Shown in pieces: positions 21,995 through 35,124 of a stretch of 64,000 nucleotides of DNA. Location of the stretch: positions 1 to 64,000 of the forward strand of contig NW_021833228.1 in NCBI RefSeq assembly GCF_006345805.1. The letters run 5' to 3'. The stretch's first letter is position 1. Each line of letters opens with the position of its first letter. The notes under the pieces were generated by a model. It did no database searches. It saw nothing but the letters and a program-made list of their open reading frames with translations, and was not told the DNA's origin. This DNA comes from Octopus sinensis. Lineage: Eukaryota. The translations under genes were made by a program, and so were the position numbers.

Positions 21995-22385
21995 AGGCAC
22001 AAGAGTGGATGTGTGGTAAGTAGCTTGTTTACCAACCACATGGTTCCGGGTTCATTCCCACTGCGTGGCATCTTGGGCAAGTGTCTTATGCTATAGCCCC
22101 GGGCCGACCAATGCCTTGTGAGTGGATTTGGTAGACGGAAACTGAAAGAAGCCCGTCGTATAGATGTATATGTATATATATGCGTGTGTGTTTGTGTGCC
22201 TGTGTTTGTCCCTCTAGCATTGCTTGATAACCGATGCTGGTGTGTTTATGTCCCTGTTACTTAGCGGTTCGGCAAAAGAGACTGATAGAATAAGTCCTGG
22301 GGTTGATTTGCCTGACTAAAGGTGGTGCTCCAGCATGGCCGCAGTCAAATGACTGAAACAAGTAAAAGAGTAAAAGAGAGAAAAG
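21995..22385 (+). mobile_element. tRNA-derived SINE (abundant octopus-type family), full length
   Basis: A/B-box-like head (gtggtaagtagc...ggttccgggttcattccc), internal TA/GT tract, gtaaaaga tail; further copies at 37200, 55495, 63145. Confidence 0.85.
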
Positions 22386-22412
22386 AGTATATATATATAT
22401 ATATATATATAT

Positions 22413-25400
22413 ATCATCATCATCATCGTTTAACGTCCGTTCTCCATGCTAGCATGGGTTGGACGGTTCGACCGGGGATCTGGGAAGCCAGAAGGCTGCA
22501 CCAGGCTCCAGTCTTATCTGGCAATGTTTCTACAGCTGGATGCCCTTCCTAACGCCAACCACTCCGTGAGTGTAGTGGGTGCTTTTTACGTGCCACCTGC
22601 ACAGGTGCCAGGCGAGGCTGGAAGCGGCCACGGTCGGATTGGTGCATTTTACGTGCCACCGGCACGGAAGCCAGTCGAGGCGGCGCTGGCATCGGCCACG
22701 AGTCGGATAGTGCTTTCTACGTACCATCAGTCCAGGGGTCCTGGCTGGTTCAATTCGATTTTGATTTCGCTTGCCCCAACATGTCTTCGCAAGCAAAGGG
22801 GGTTGGCATGGGTGCCTGTCGTCGGATGAGGTTCTATATCGACTTCGCTTGCCTCAACAGGTCTTTGTGTCCAAGGGAGGAAAGGCATACATAAGTGGGC
22901 TGGGCTCACTTGTCCTGCCTGGTCTTCTCACGTATAGCATATTTCCAAAGGTCTCGGTCGCTGGTCATTTCCTCAGTGAGGCCTAAAGTTCGAAGGTCGT
23001 GCTTCACCACCTCGTCCCAGGTTTTCCTGGGTCTACCTCTTCCACGGGTTCCCTCAACTGCTAGGGATTGGCACTTTTTCACACACCTATCTTCATCTAT
23101 TCTCGCCACATGACCATACCAGCGCAATCGTCTTTCTTGCACACCACAACTGATGCTTCTTAGGTACGACATTTCTCTCAGGGTACTAACGCTCTGTCGA
23201 GTAAGTACACTGACATTACACATCCACCGGAGCATACTGGCTTCTTTTCTTGCGAGCTTACGCATGTCCTCAGCAGTCACGGCCCATGTTTCACTGCCAT
23301 GTAGCATAGCTGTTCGTACACATGCATCATACAGCCTGCCTTTTACTCTGAGCGAGAGGCCTTTAGTCACCAGCAGAGGTAAGAGCTCCCTAAACTTTGC
23401 CCAGGCTATTCTTATTCTAGCAGTTACACTTTCAGCGCACCCACCCCACTACTGACTTGGTCACCTAGATAACGGAAGCTATCAACTACTTCTAGTTTTT
23501 TTCCCCTGGAAAGTGACGAAGTTGTTTTCTGCAGATTTTCGGAGGTTAATGCTCCCGAGCATCTGCCACATACAAAAACTATCTTCCCAGTTAGCCTACC
23601 TTTGACATTGCTGCACCTCTTATGTGTCCATAGCTTACACTGGGTACATCTTATAGAGTTTCTACCTACACCTTTTCTACAGATCGAGCAGGGCCATCTT
23701 CCTGAAGACATTTGTGGATTGTCTACCTTCCTACTTATTAGTACTTTGGTTTTAGCTAGGTTGACTCTAAGGCCCCTCGATTCTAAACCCTCCTTCCACA
23801 CCTGGAACTTCTCCTCCAGTTCTGATAGTGACTCAGCAATTAGAGCAAGGTCGTCAGCATAGAGGAGCTCCCAGGGGCAATCTGTCTTGAATTCCTCCGT
23901 AATTGCCTGGAGGACTATGATAAATAGGAGGGACTGAGTACTGAACCCTGGTGGACCCCAACCTCTACTTTGAATTCTTCTGTGTACATGTTGCCAACCC
24001 TAACCTTACTTACGGCATCCCTGTACATGGCTTGCACAGCCCTCACCAGCCATTCATCTATCCCTAGTTTCCTCATTGACCACCAGATAAGAGATCGGGG
24101 GACCCTATTAAAGGCTTTCTCCATGTCAACGAAAGCCAGGTACAGGAGCTTATCTTTGGCTAGGTATTTCTCCTGCAGCTGCCTTACCAGGAATATAGCA
24201 TCAGTGGTACTTTTCCCTGGCTCGAACCCAAACTGCATCTCATCTAAACTAACTCTCTCTCTAATTAGTTGGGCTATGACCCTCTCCGTAACCTTCATTA
24301 CCTGATCCAACAGCTTGATACCTCTGTAATTATTTGTATCTAGGGCATCACCTTTACCTTTGTAGCAGTTGACTAGTATGCTGCTACACCAGTCATTGGG
24401 TATGACTCCTTCGTGTATCACCTGGTTAACTATACGGGTGACTAGGTTATAGCCAACACTGCCAGATATTTTCAGCATCTCTGCAGTAATTCCTGATGGA
24501 CCTGGGGCTTTCCCTGTTGGGTCCCTCTGTTGGGTTGACATTCGGCAGACTCTCTTTATCCCATTCATTTTCTTTATTCAGCAACCTTTCATATTGGCAT
24601 CTCCAAACCTTTCTCTTTGCATCCTCATTTAGCGCAAGTGAACCATCTTCCATGCGAACACACTTCTCTCCTACCACATCACGATTCTCTCTCACACACT
24701 GTCTTGCAACACGAAATACCTCAAGTCTTTGGTCCTCACAGCGCAGAACATTGGCAAATTTTTTCTTATCCGCTTCCCCTCTGGCTAAATAAAACTGTCT
24801 CCTAGCTTCTCTTTTGGCAGTCTGATACACTTCCCTGCTACAACCGTTCTTCCAGTCCCTCCAAGCTTGTTTCTTTTGTCTAATAGCCCTGTCAACCACA
24901 GTGTTCCACCACCATGTTACTCTGGGTCGAGATGGTACTTTGCTCCATCCACAGATCTGGACAGTGGCTGTCAGCAGATTGTCCCGTAGAAATCTCCAGT
25001 TGCCTTCCACATTAAGTGAAGCTATATCCCCTTCTATTTCGTCAAAGGCTTCGAGTAGTATGTCTCTAAATCTCTGTCCATTTGCAGGATCTTTAAGCTT
25101 CCAGACCCTTCTCCTCCAAGCTGGTCTTCTTCTGGGCAACCATTTAGCTCTGATCCTGAAGTCGCTAACTACTAATCTATGTTGAAGAGTACATTCTTCG
25201 CCTGGAAAGGTTTTGGCATTTATAAGCAGCCCTCTTTCCCTTTTTCTGGCAAGGATGTAGTCAATCTGGCTAGTGTGTCTGCCAGAACGATAGGTGACTA
25301 GGTGAGAGATGGGTTTCCTGAAGTTGGCATTGCAGACCATAAGGTCATTTGCATCGCAGAACTCCAGCAGCCTGGTTCCCTCCTCATTACGTGAGCCAAA

Positions 25401-25616
25401 ACCGTAGCCTCCATGAACGCCATGGAAGCCCCCGACATGCCTCCCAACATGCCACAAAGAGAAGGTCACTGTCATTTGTCAACGAGGTAGTCTGCAATAG
25501 GGTGTCGTAGAATTGGTCTTTCTGCCCTTCCGGTAGCCCTGGTTGAGGGGCATATGCCGAGATGATGGTAGCTGACCTATGGTGAAGCACTAATCTAATC
25601 TTAAGTACTCTATCAC
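22413..25616 (-). mobile_element. RTE-clade LINE with PHD finger inside RT, 5'-truncated in APE
   Basis: (GAT)n tail at 22413; ORF pieces 22906-23370, 23424-23801, 23915-24568, 24447-25475; YADD; CSIC..CTQC..HKRC..CGRC. Confidence 0.92.
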
Positions 25617-25617
25617 T

Positions 25618-25678
<61 letters not shown>

Positions 25679-25696
25679 GTGTGTGTGTGTGTGTGT

Positions 25697-25736
<40 letters not shown>

Positions 25737-25791
25737 CATATATATATATATTTATATATGTTTATATATATATATACACACATATATACAC

Positions 25792-25824
<33 letters not shown>

Positions 25825-25895
25825 TATATACATACATACATATATATATATACATACATACATATATATGTACATATACCATATATATCTATCTA
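25617..25895. repeat. (TA)n/(TG)n/(TACA)n compound microsatellite
   Basis: Direct inspection. Confidence 0.95.
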
Positions 25896-26095
25896 TCTAT
25901 ATAAAACTGAGAATGTCTGTCTGTCTGTCTGTGTGTTTCCCTAAAACTTGAGAACTACACAACCAATTTCATTCAAGTTTTACACATGCCTTACTTAGGG
26001 TCCGTGTAGTTTTATGGGCAAAAAAATGTTTTAACTTCTTTCTTGCTTAGAGCGAGCCCATAGCAATATCATATCTTCTCCACACTACTGGTTTT
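25896..26095 (+). mobile_element. Helitron-like 5' end remnant (family A)
   Basis: TCtatataaaactgagaatg(tctg)n...aactacacaaccaatttc. Confidence 0.6.
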
Positions 26096-26103
26096 AAATT
26101 CAT

Positions 26104-26480
26104 ACAAGCAGAGATACCCGGCGTTGCCCGGTTACATTCGATTGAAGAATTAGACTTTTCTGTTATATATTCTGCAATGAACTGGAATATCTATGTTTCG
26201 AATTTCATCAAAATTGCAGATGAGGGTTATTTCCCTCTTTACACAACCTAAAAAAATTGTAATCATGTCACATGTATCCCATACTAGTGATTTTCCATGT
26301 GCATATTCCAAAATTCCAGTCTTATTGAACCTGTTAAAAAGATTTTGCTCCTGAAAAATGAAGGTCATGGAGCTCTAAAATGTGAGAGTTAAGGCCCCTG
26401 TTGGGAGTGAGTGTCTTAATGTCAACCAGAGAAGTTGAATTGTTGAGAATCTTTTTAATTTGGGTCTTATATCTATTGTT
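26104..26480 (-). mobile_element. Helitron-like 3' end remnant
   Basis: Minus strand ccgggcaacgccgggtatctctgCTTG: GC hairpin then degenerate CTAG; body resembles 37800-37900. Confidence 0.5.
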
Positions 26481-26519
26481 TGAATTTCTTTGAAATGGGA
26501 AATATATGTTCACTGGGTT

Positions 26520-27023
26520 TGTAAAAGAGAGCAAAGCTTGAACCAATCCTATGACTGGCACCTGGCAGATGCCAGGACCCCTGGACTGGAGATACGTAAA
26601 AAGCACTATCCGAATCGTGGCCGAAGCCAGTGCCGCCTTGACTGGCTTCCGTGTCGGTGGCACGTAAAAAGCACCATCCGAATCGTGGCCGAAGCCAGTG
26701 CCGCCTCGACTGGCTTCCGTGTCGGTGGCACGTAAAATGCACCATCCGAATTGTGGCCGAAGCCAGTGCCGCCTCGACTGGCTTCCGTGCAGGTGGCACG
26801 TAAAATGCACCAATCCGACCGTGACCGATGCCAGCCTCGCTTGGCTCCAGTGCAGGTGGCACGTAAAAAGCACCCACTACACTCACGGAGTGGTTGGCGT
26901 AGAAACATTGCCAGATAAGACCGGAGCCTGGTGCAGCCTTCTGGCTTCCCAGATCCCCGGTCGAACCGTCCAACCCATGCTAGCATGGAGAACGGACGTT
27001 AAACGATGATGATGATGATGATG

Positions 27024-27024
<1 letters not shown>
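26520..27024 (+). mobile_element. RTE (PHD family) 3'UTR fragment
   Basis: ~60-bp internal tandem motif, ccatgctagcatgg palindrome, (GAT)n tail. Confidence 0.9.
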
Positions 27025-27097
<73 letters not shown>

Positions 27098-29015
27098 TTA
27101 TATCTTTATATATAAAACTGAAATGCGTTTTTTACCACTTGGATCGCTTTCAATGCCACTACATATCCCGTCCGATTCGCTCCAAAATTTACAGGGACAT
27201 GTAGAATGAGGTGACGATGCTCGTGGGCTACCTTAGAAATCCCTATCTTAAAAGGTGTGGTTGCTAGAGGCCATCTTCCTCACTCACCCTATTTCCTCCA
27301 GTACCCTCTCACTCCTCTTCATATGACAAGTCCACTCCCGTTATTTAATGTAAAGTCTTCCTCAAATCACTCTCTCGCTATTTCCTCTCTTCCAAGAACA
27401 TTTTCACTCACTCTATCTCTTAGCTTCCCATATATTTTACTCATGTATCTATCTGCGTTCAAAGACAGAAACAAATATTACATCGCCATCGCATTCTATT
27501 GTCTACCTGTCCACACACACACACACACACACATATATACATATATCTAATATTATATTTTTATGTTTTTGTTTTTGGTTTTTTACTGTTTCATTTCCCT
27601 ATTAGTGGTTTTATCTCTAATTTTATTTCTACAGCGTGCACACACACACACACACCTATATGTGGCCCCAGTACACCCGAATGAAATCGGGTTCTCATCA
27701 AAATGTGAAAAGGGGTCTAGAATTATCATCGCCACAACTTATGTATATGTCTTCCTCACTCACTCACTCTTTTTCCTAATGATAATTATCATCGCCACCA
27801 CCACCACCACCAACACACAATCATGACAATCTTTCTCTTAAAACAAATCATGTTTACATTGCAAAATATTTCATTTTCCCGTCCTCTCTTTCATATATCA
27901 CCTTTTCTTTCTCGAGCTCTCTCTTTTTTCGCCGTCTCTATTTATTCTACGAGTCTATCAATGACAGCCGCAAAAGTTTCAATATTCCTACTTCACCTCT
28001 TTCAGAAACGCAACAGATATTATTTTTTTTAGCCGGGATTAAAGCCCACTACATCCCGTCGGATTCACTCCAAAATTTACACCTTTTCTTTCTACCTCTA
28101 ACTCCCATTCAATTTCTCTTTATCTCCATTCTTAAAGATAATTATCATCGCCACCACCACCACCAACACACAATCTGGACAATCTTTCTCTTAAAACAAA
28201 TCATGTTTACATTGCAACAACGTCTGCCACCTCCGCCGTCTCTATTTATTCTGCTAATGACCAGAACTCGGGAAACTTGCTTGACTGTTCTATGGTCTAT
28301 GACCAGAACTCGGGAAACTTGGTTGGGTCCTCATCTTATAAAATGTGGCCCCAGTAGACCCAAATGAAATCGGGTTATATTAACCAAAATGTGAAAATGG
28401 GTCTAAATGGGGCTGGAAGGGGATTAAAATTTAAAGGAGCGGGTGTTTAGGAATTCTCTGTTACATCAAGCTAAAAAATTTGCGCCAGCCTTTTAATCGT
28501 CAATGTGTTGCCGTCCATGATGAAGAGGTTTTGAATGCTTGCCATGGTGAGTCTACTGTCGTGAGAAAGAATCAATTCAAAACTTGGTTTTTAGGGATTT
28601 TCTTTTACATCAAGTTCAAAATTTTACGCCAGCCGTTGAACTGTCAATACGTTGCTGTCCGTCGTTAAGAAATGCCAGCCATGGTGACTCTACTATCCTC
28701 AAATTCTATCCCTTCAAACTTTCGTTTCCAATATTTTATTATTTTTATTCAGCTCGCAAGTTCGTCTGTCCCTTTTAAATGTTAGTGTTTTGCTGTCTGC
28801 CTTGAAGCAGACCATTCCGTTGTCACTGCCTGATATTTATGATTGATCTTTCTAAATATTTTATTTCTCAACTTACTCAAGATCTTTTGTTGTTTATAAA
28901 TGGGAGAGAGATAGATAAAAATAGAGAGTAAGAGAAAGCGAGGGAGAGTCCGAGAGAAAGGAAGAGTAAGAGAGTGGGAAAGTGAGAGAGAAAGGAGAGA
29001 GAAACAAAGAGGGAG

Positions 29016-29305
29016 AATCATCATCATCGTTTAACGTCCGTTTTCCGTGCTAGCACGGGTTGGACAGTTTGACAGGTGTCTGGGAAGCCAGGAGGCTGCA
29101 CCAGGCTCCAGTCTGATCTGGCAGTGTTTCTACAGGTGGATGCCCTTCCTAACGCCAACCACTCTGTGAGCGTAGTGGGTACTTTTTCGTGCCAGGGGGG
29201 CTCGCACCGGCCACGATCGGTTGGTGATTTTTACGTGCCACCAGCACAGAAGCCAGTCAAGGCGGTGCTGCAATCCGCCACGTTCGGATGGTGCTTTTTA
29301 CGTGC
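29016..29305 (-). mobile_element. RTE 3' fragment inside Helitron unit 1
   Basis: (CAT)n cgtttaacgtcc... inserted after gggagaat; absent from unit 3. Confidence 0.85.
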
Positions 29306-31037
29306 TGAAAGGAAGCAACAGAAAGTAACAACCACACTCTTACCCGCGCGTAGAGCGGGTCACCTTCAGCTAGTCTCTATATATAAAACTGAAATGCGTT
29401 TTTACCACTTGGATCGCTTTCAATGCCACTACGTCCTGTCCGATTCGCTCCAAAATTTACAGGAACATGTAGAATGAGGTGACGATGCTCGTGGGCTACC
29501 TTAGAAATCCCTATCTTAAAAGGTGTGGTTGCTAGGGGCCATCTTCCTCACTCACGCTATTTCCTCCTTTCCCTCTCTTACTCCCCTTCATGTATAACTT
29601 TGAGAATTCCACTACCGTTATTTAAAGTATCTGTCACACTCGCTATTTCCTCTCGTTTTCACTCACTCTGTTTCTTAGCTACCCATAACTTTTACTCATG
29701 TATCTGTCTGCATATATAGAGAGAAACAAATATTCCATCGCCATCGCATTCTACTGTCTACCTGTCAACGCGCTCACTCTCGCTATTTCCTCTCTGTTTC
29801 ACTCACTCTGTTTCCATCACGTCGGCATTCTTTGATGTATCTGTCTGTCACCAACAACACACGAGCATGAGAACAAATATTATGAATCAGATATTCTTGC
29901 GTTCATTTATATGTGTGTGTTCTATATATAAATATGTATATATAATGTATATATACAAAGTGTATATATCTGTATTTATGTATATTAAACTTTTTCATAG
30001 TTACATATATTTTTAAACAAATTATAAATATAATTTAATAATTTTTATTTTCAATTTAAATAATTTTAATTTTTCAATTTTATATTTTATATATTATATT
30101 TTTTTAAATGTTTTTGTTTTTGGTTTTTCACTGTTTGATTTGCCTATTAGTAGTTTTATCTCTAATTTAATTTATACAGATATATATCTCATTTGTATAC
30201 ATTTGTATATATAATGCGTGCACACACACACACACATATATATATATATAATGTGTGCATTACGTAGTCGGTCGATTCAGCTGAAAATATGCACACCTAT
30301 GTTAAAAGTGCTGGCAAGTTTGCATGACAACTATTTTTTTCCTCAAATGAAAGGCGTCACCTCTAGGACAAAATTCCTAATCTTATAAAATGTGGCCCCA
30401 GTACACCCGAATGAAATCGGGTTATATTAACCAAAATGTGAAAAGGGGTATAAATGGGGCTCGAAGGGGATTAAAAGTTAAAGGAGCGGGTGTTTAGGAA
30501 TTCTCTGTAATATCAAGCTAAAAAATTTGCGCCAGCCTTTTAATCGACAATGTGTTGCCGTCCATGATAAAGAAGTTTTGAATGCTTGCCATGGTGAGTC
30601 TACTGTCGTGAGAAAGAATCACTTCAAAACTTGGTTTTTACGAATTTTCAAGTTCAAAATTTTACGCCACCTGTTAAACTGTCAATACGTTGCTGTCCGT
30701 CATTAAGAAATGCCAGCCATGGTGACTCTACTATCCTCAGATTCTATCCCTTTAAACTTTGGTTTCCAATATTTTATTATTTCTATTCAGCTCGCAAGTT
30801 CGTCTGTCCCTTTTAAATGTTAGCATTTTGCTGTCTGCCTTGAAGCAGACCTTTCCATTGCCACTGCTTGATATTTATGATTGAGCTTTCTAAATATTTT
30901 ATTTCTCAACTTACTCAAGATCTTCTGTTGTTTATAAATGGGAGAGATAAAGATAGAGAGTGAGAGAAAGCGAGGGAGAGTCCGAGAGAAAAGAAAAGTA
31001 AGAGAGTGGGAAAGTGAGAGAGAAACAAATACGGAGA

Positions 31038-31348
31038 ATCATCATCATCATCATCGTTTAACGTCCGTTTTCCGTGCTAGCACGGGTTGGACAGTGTGAC
31101 CGGGGTCTGGGAAGCCAGGAGGCTGCACCAGACTCCAGTCTGATCTGGCAGTGTTTCTACAGGTGGATGACCTTCCTAACGCCAACCACTCTGTGAGTGT
31201 AGTGGGTGCTTTTTTCATGCTGCCGGCACAGGTGCGAGGGGGGCTCGCAGCGGAAACGATCGGTTGGTGCTTTTTACGTGCCACCGGCACAGAAGCAAGT
31301 CAAGGCGGCGCTGCAATCGGCCACGTTCGGATGGTGCTTTTTACGTGC
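31038..31348 (-). mobile_element. RTE 3' fragment inside Helitron unit 2, same site as in unit 1
   Basis: Same junctions (ggagaat|catcat; tacgtgc|tgaaaggaagc). Confidence 0.85.
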
Positions 31349-32131
31349 TGAAAGGAAGCAACAGAAAATAACAACCACACTCTTACCCGCGCGTAGAGCG
31401 GGTCACCTTCAGCTAGTCTCTATATTTAAAACTGAAATGCATTTCGACCGTTTGGATAGCCTTCAAGGCCACTACATCCTGTGAAGATGCCCCTGGACTA
31501 CGTTAGAAATCCCTATCTTAAAAGGTGTGGTTGCTAGGGCCAAAAAACGACTTTGACAAGTTGACTCACATTCTTTTATGTATATGTCTTCCTCCCTCCC
31601 TCAGTCTATTTCCTCCCCCCATCACTTTCTATATATAACGTCGATAATGGCGTCTAGCAGTGCTTTCACACTCTCTCTCTGTGTCTGCATTCATAGAGAG
31701 AATTATCATCGCCACCACCACACAATCATGAAAACAAATATTATGAATCAGATATTTATTGGATTCATTTATATATGTGTGTGTGTGTGTTCTATATATA
31801 AATACATATATATAATGTATATATACAAAGTGTATATATCTGTATTTATGTATATTAAACTTTTTAATACTTTTTCATAGTTATATATATTTAAAAAAAG
31901 ATTATAGATATAAATTAATTATTTTAATTTTAAATAATTTAAATTTTTCAATTTTATATTTTATATATTTTGTACATTATATTTTTATGTTTTGGGTTGT
32001 TTTACACTGTTTTATTTGCCTAATAGTGGTTTTATCTCTAATTTATATATAATTTGTATATATAATGCGTACGCACACACACACATATATATAAATATAT
32101 ATAATGCGTGAATATATATATATATATATAC

Positions 32132-32164
<33 letters not shown>

Positions 32165-33054
32165 ATGTGTGCATTACGTAGTCGGTCGATTCAGCTGAAA
32201 ATATGCAGACCTATGTTAAAAGTGCTGGCAAGTTTGCATGACAACTATTTTTTTCCTCAAATGAAAGGCGTCACGTCTAGGACAAAATTCACCATCTTAT
32301 AAAATGTGGCCCCAGTAGACCCGAATGAAATCGGGTTATATTAACCAAAATGTGAAAAGGGGTATAAATGGAGCTGGAAGGGGATTAAAAGTTAAAGGAG
32401 CGGGTGTTTAGGAATTCTCTGTTACATCAAGCTAAAAAATTTGCGCCAGCCTTTTAATCGTCAATGTGTTGCCGTCCATGATGAAGAAGTTTTGAATGCT
32501 TGCCATGGTGAGTCTACTGTCGGGAGAAAGTATCACTTCAAAACTTGGTGTTTACGAATTTTCTTTTACATCAAGTTCAAAATTTTACACCAGCCGTTAA
32601 ACTGCCACTATGTTGCTGTCCGTCGTTAACAAATGCCAGCCATGGTGACTCTACTATCCTCAGATTCTATCCCTTCAAACTTTGGTTTCCAATATTTTAT
32701 TATTTCTATTCAGCTCGCAAGTTCGTCTGTCCCTTTTAAATGTTAGTGTTTTGCTGTCTGTCTTGAAGCAGACCTTTCCGTTGTCACTGCCTGATATTTA
32801 TGATTGATCTTTCTAAATATTTTATTTCTCAACTTACTCAAGATCTTCTGTTGTTTATAAATGGGAGAGAGATAGATAGAGAAAGATAGAGAGTAAGAGA
32901 AAGCGAGGGAGAGTCCGAGAGAAAGGAAGAGTAAGAGAGTGGGAAAGTGAGAGAGAAACAAAGAGGGAGAATGAGGTGGTAAAAAACAGAAAGGAAGCAA
33001 CTGAAAGTAACAACCACACTCTTACCTGCGCGTAGAGCGGGTAACCTTAAGCTA

Positions 33055-33055
<1 letters not shown>

Positions 33056-33124
<69 letters not shown>

Positions 33125-33155
33125 GTATTTATATATATATATATATATTTTATAT
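33056..33155. repeat. (TA)n microsatellite
   Basis: Direct inspection. Confidence 0.95.
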
Positions 33156-33375
33156 TTCATGGTTGGCATGCATCCAAGATTGTCAGGTATGCAAATAAAA
33201 ATATATAAGAGTTAAATAGAGGAGTAGATAATATTTGGGCTACATATGTTGCATAGTGAGCAGAACCTTGCAAGTGGTTATTATCCAAGTGATATTTACC
33301 CAAGATACCCTTGTGTATCTTGATTTCACGATGAATCATGTAGCCTGGATCTCATCTTCTCCATTCCTTAACTCT

Positions 33376-34116
33376 TGGATGAAGATAGTTGTGTGAAAAA
33401 GTGCCACACCCAAACGGTTGAGGGAACCTGTGGTAGAGGTAGAACCAGTAAGACCTGGGATGAGGTGGTGAAGCATGACCTTTGAACATTGGGCCTCACC
33501 GAGGAAATGACTAGTGACTGAGACCTTTGGAAATGTGCTGTGTGTGAGAAGACCCGGCAGGACAAGTGAGACCATAACCTGTGGCCTTTACCTGGGATGT
33601 AGCCAGTCCACTTATGCATAATTCTCCTTCTTGGGACACAGAACTCTGCTTGTGAAGACCTGTTGAGGCAAGTGAAATTGAAATCAAAATCAATCAAAAA
33701 TCATTGGAAATTGTAGTTGTGATACCAGTGCCGGTGACACGTAAAAAGCACCATCCAAACATGGCCGTTGCCAGTGCTGCCTCGACTGGCTTCCGGGCCG
33801 GTGGCATGTAAAAAGCACCAACCGATCGTGGCCATTGCCAGCCTCCCCCTCTGGCACCTGTACCGGTGGCACATAAAAAGCACCGACCAATTGTAGCTCT
33901 TGCCAGCCTCTTCCGCTGGCACCTGTGCAGGTGGCACGTAAAAAGCACCCACTACACTCACGGAGTGGTTGGCATTAGGAAGGGCATCAAGCTGTAAAAA
34001 CACTGCCAGATCAGACTGGAGCCTGGAGCAACCTTCTGGCTTCCCAGACCCCGGTCAAACCGTCCAACCCATGCTAGCATGGAAAACGGACATTAAATGA
34101 TGATGATGATGATGAT
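33376..34116 (+). mobile_element. RTE (PHD family) 3' fragment
   Basis: ORF end (gatgaagatagttgtgtgaaaaagtgcc), 3'UTR and (GAT)n tail. Confidence 0.9.
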
Positions 34117-34188
34117 ATACACACATACACAGGTTTATATATATGGCCAAGTTTCTATGAAAAATAATAGTGGCAAAGTGAGATAAAG

Positions 34189-34194
34189 TTTATT
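34189..34194 (-). promoter_or_regulatory. Candidate polyadenylation signal of the zinc-finger gene
   Basis: AATAAA on minus strand ~25 nt after the stop codon. Confidence 0.45.
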
Positions 34195-34219
34195 GATAAA
34201 TAATACAACCTAAAGAATC

Positions 34220-34900
34220 CTATTTCAAATGTTCCTTTTGTAAATGCATTTTCAATGATTTTATATAGTGAAATGATTTATTACAGAACTCACAATCACT
34301 TTTCTCTCCAGTGTGAATTTTTACATGTTGATTTAAGGAACTAGACTGTTTAAATGATTTTAAACAGTGTCTACATTCATATTTTCTTTCATTACTGTGT
34401 ATCTTTATATGATCTTTTAAAATACTATTTTTTGTAAAAGACTTCAAACAAATTTCGCATGCATATGGTTTTTCACCTGTATGTGTTCTCAAATGATCTT
34501 TCAAAGAACTTTTCTGAGTAAAATTTGTGCCACAGTGTTCACAGATATAAGGCTTCAGATTATAATGAGTCTTTATGTGGGAATTAAGGTGAGATTTTCT
34601 GAAAAATGATACACCACAAAATGTGCATTGAAACTTCTTTACTTTAGTATGTCTTGTTTCATGTTCATTTAATGAAAATTTTCGAGTAAATGTTTGGCCA
34701 CACTCAGAACAAGAAAAAGGTTTCACCTTTTCATGGACTTTTAGATGAACAGTTAAATTACTTTTACTGTTAAATCTTTTTTTACAGTATTTGCATTCAT
34801 AAGGCTTTATTCCAGAATGAATTCGCTTATGTATAGTTAATGAACTTGTTCTTGAAAAACACTTCATGCAGATGGTACACTGCTTTTCCTTTGGTGTCAT
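34220..34900 (-). CDS. Tandem C2H2 zinc-finger protein (8 fingers, 226 aa); probably the terminal exon of a spliced gene
   Basis: Eight CX2C-X12-HX3-4H units with TGEKPY-like linkers; intact ORF; acceptor tttttattgttttgCAG 11 nt upstream of the ATG. Confidence 0.93.
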   Translation of the reverse strand: MTPKEKQCTICMKCFSRTSSLTIHKRIHSGIKPYECKYCKKRFNSKSNLTVHLKVHEKVKPFSCSECGQTFTRKFSLNEHETRHTKVKKFQCTFCGVSFFRKSHLNSHIKTHYNLKPYICEHCGTNFTQKSSLKDHLRTHTGEKPYACEICLKSFTKNSILKDHIKIHSNERKYECRHCLKSFKQSSSLNQHVKIHTGEKSDCEFCNKSFHYIKSLKMHLQKEHLK

Positions 34901-34911
34901 TGTTTCAAATA

Positions 34912-34930
34912 CTGCAAAACAATAAAAACA
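34912..34930 (-). promoter_or_regulatory. 3' splice acceptor for the ZNF exon
   Basis: Pyrimidine-rich tract + CAG at 34914-34912. Confidence 0.6.
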
Positions 34931-35124
34931 GTATGATTTACAACTACAGAAACATCAATTAATAAATTTGTAAAATTCAACAATTCAGTTAATGTACAAG
35001 GTATATTTGACAACATTTTATTATGGAATGTAAATATTTGAGTAAAATCACTCCCACATCAAAAGAAAAGCAAACACATCCTTCTTCCTCTAGTTTGACA
35101 GAGATAATTAATATTCTTCCATAT

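Larger units (their letters stand above)
27103..33055 (+). mobile_element. Head-to-tail trimer of a non-autonomous Helitron (units 27103-29373, 29374-31416, 31417-33055)
   Basis: Each unit starts TCtYtatat..aaaactgaaatgc and ends acccgc-gcgtaga-gcgggt hairpin + CTAG; outer flanks A|TC and CTAG|T within (TA)n. Confidence 0.9.

Noticed and set aside
21995-22070. tRNA genes at SINE heads (also 48022)
   Set aside because: Only A/B-box-like remnants followed by SINE bodies; no complete cloverleaf.
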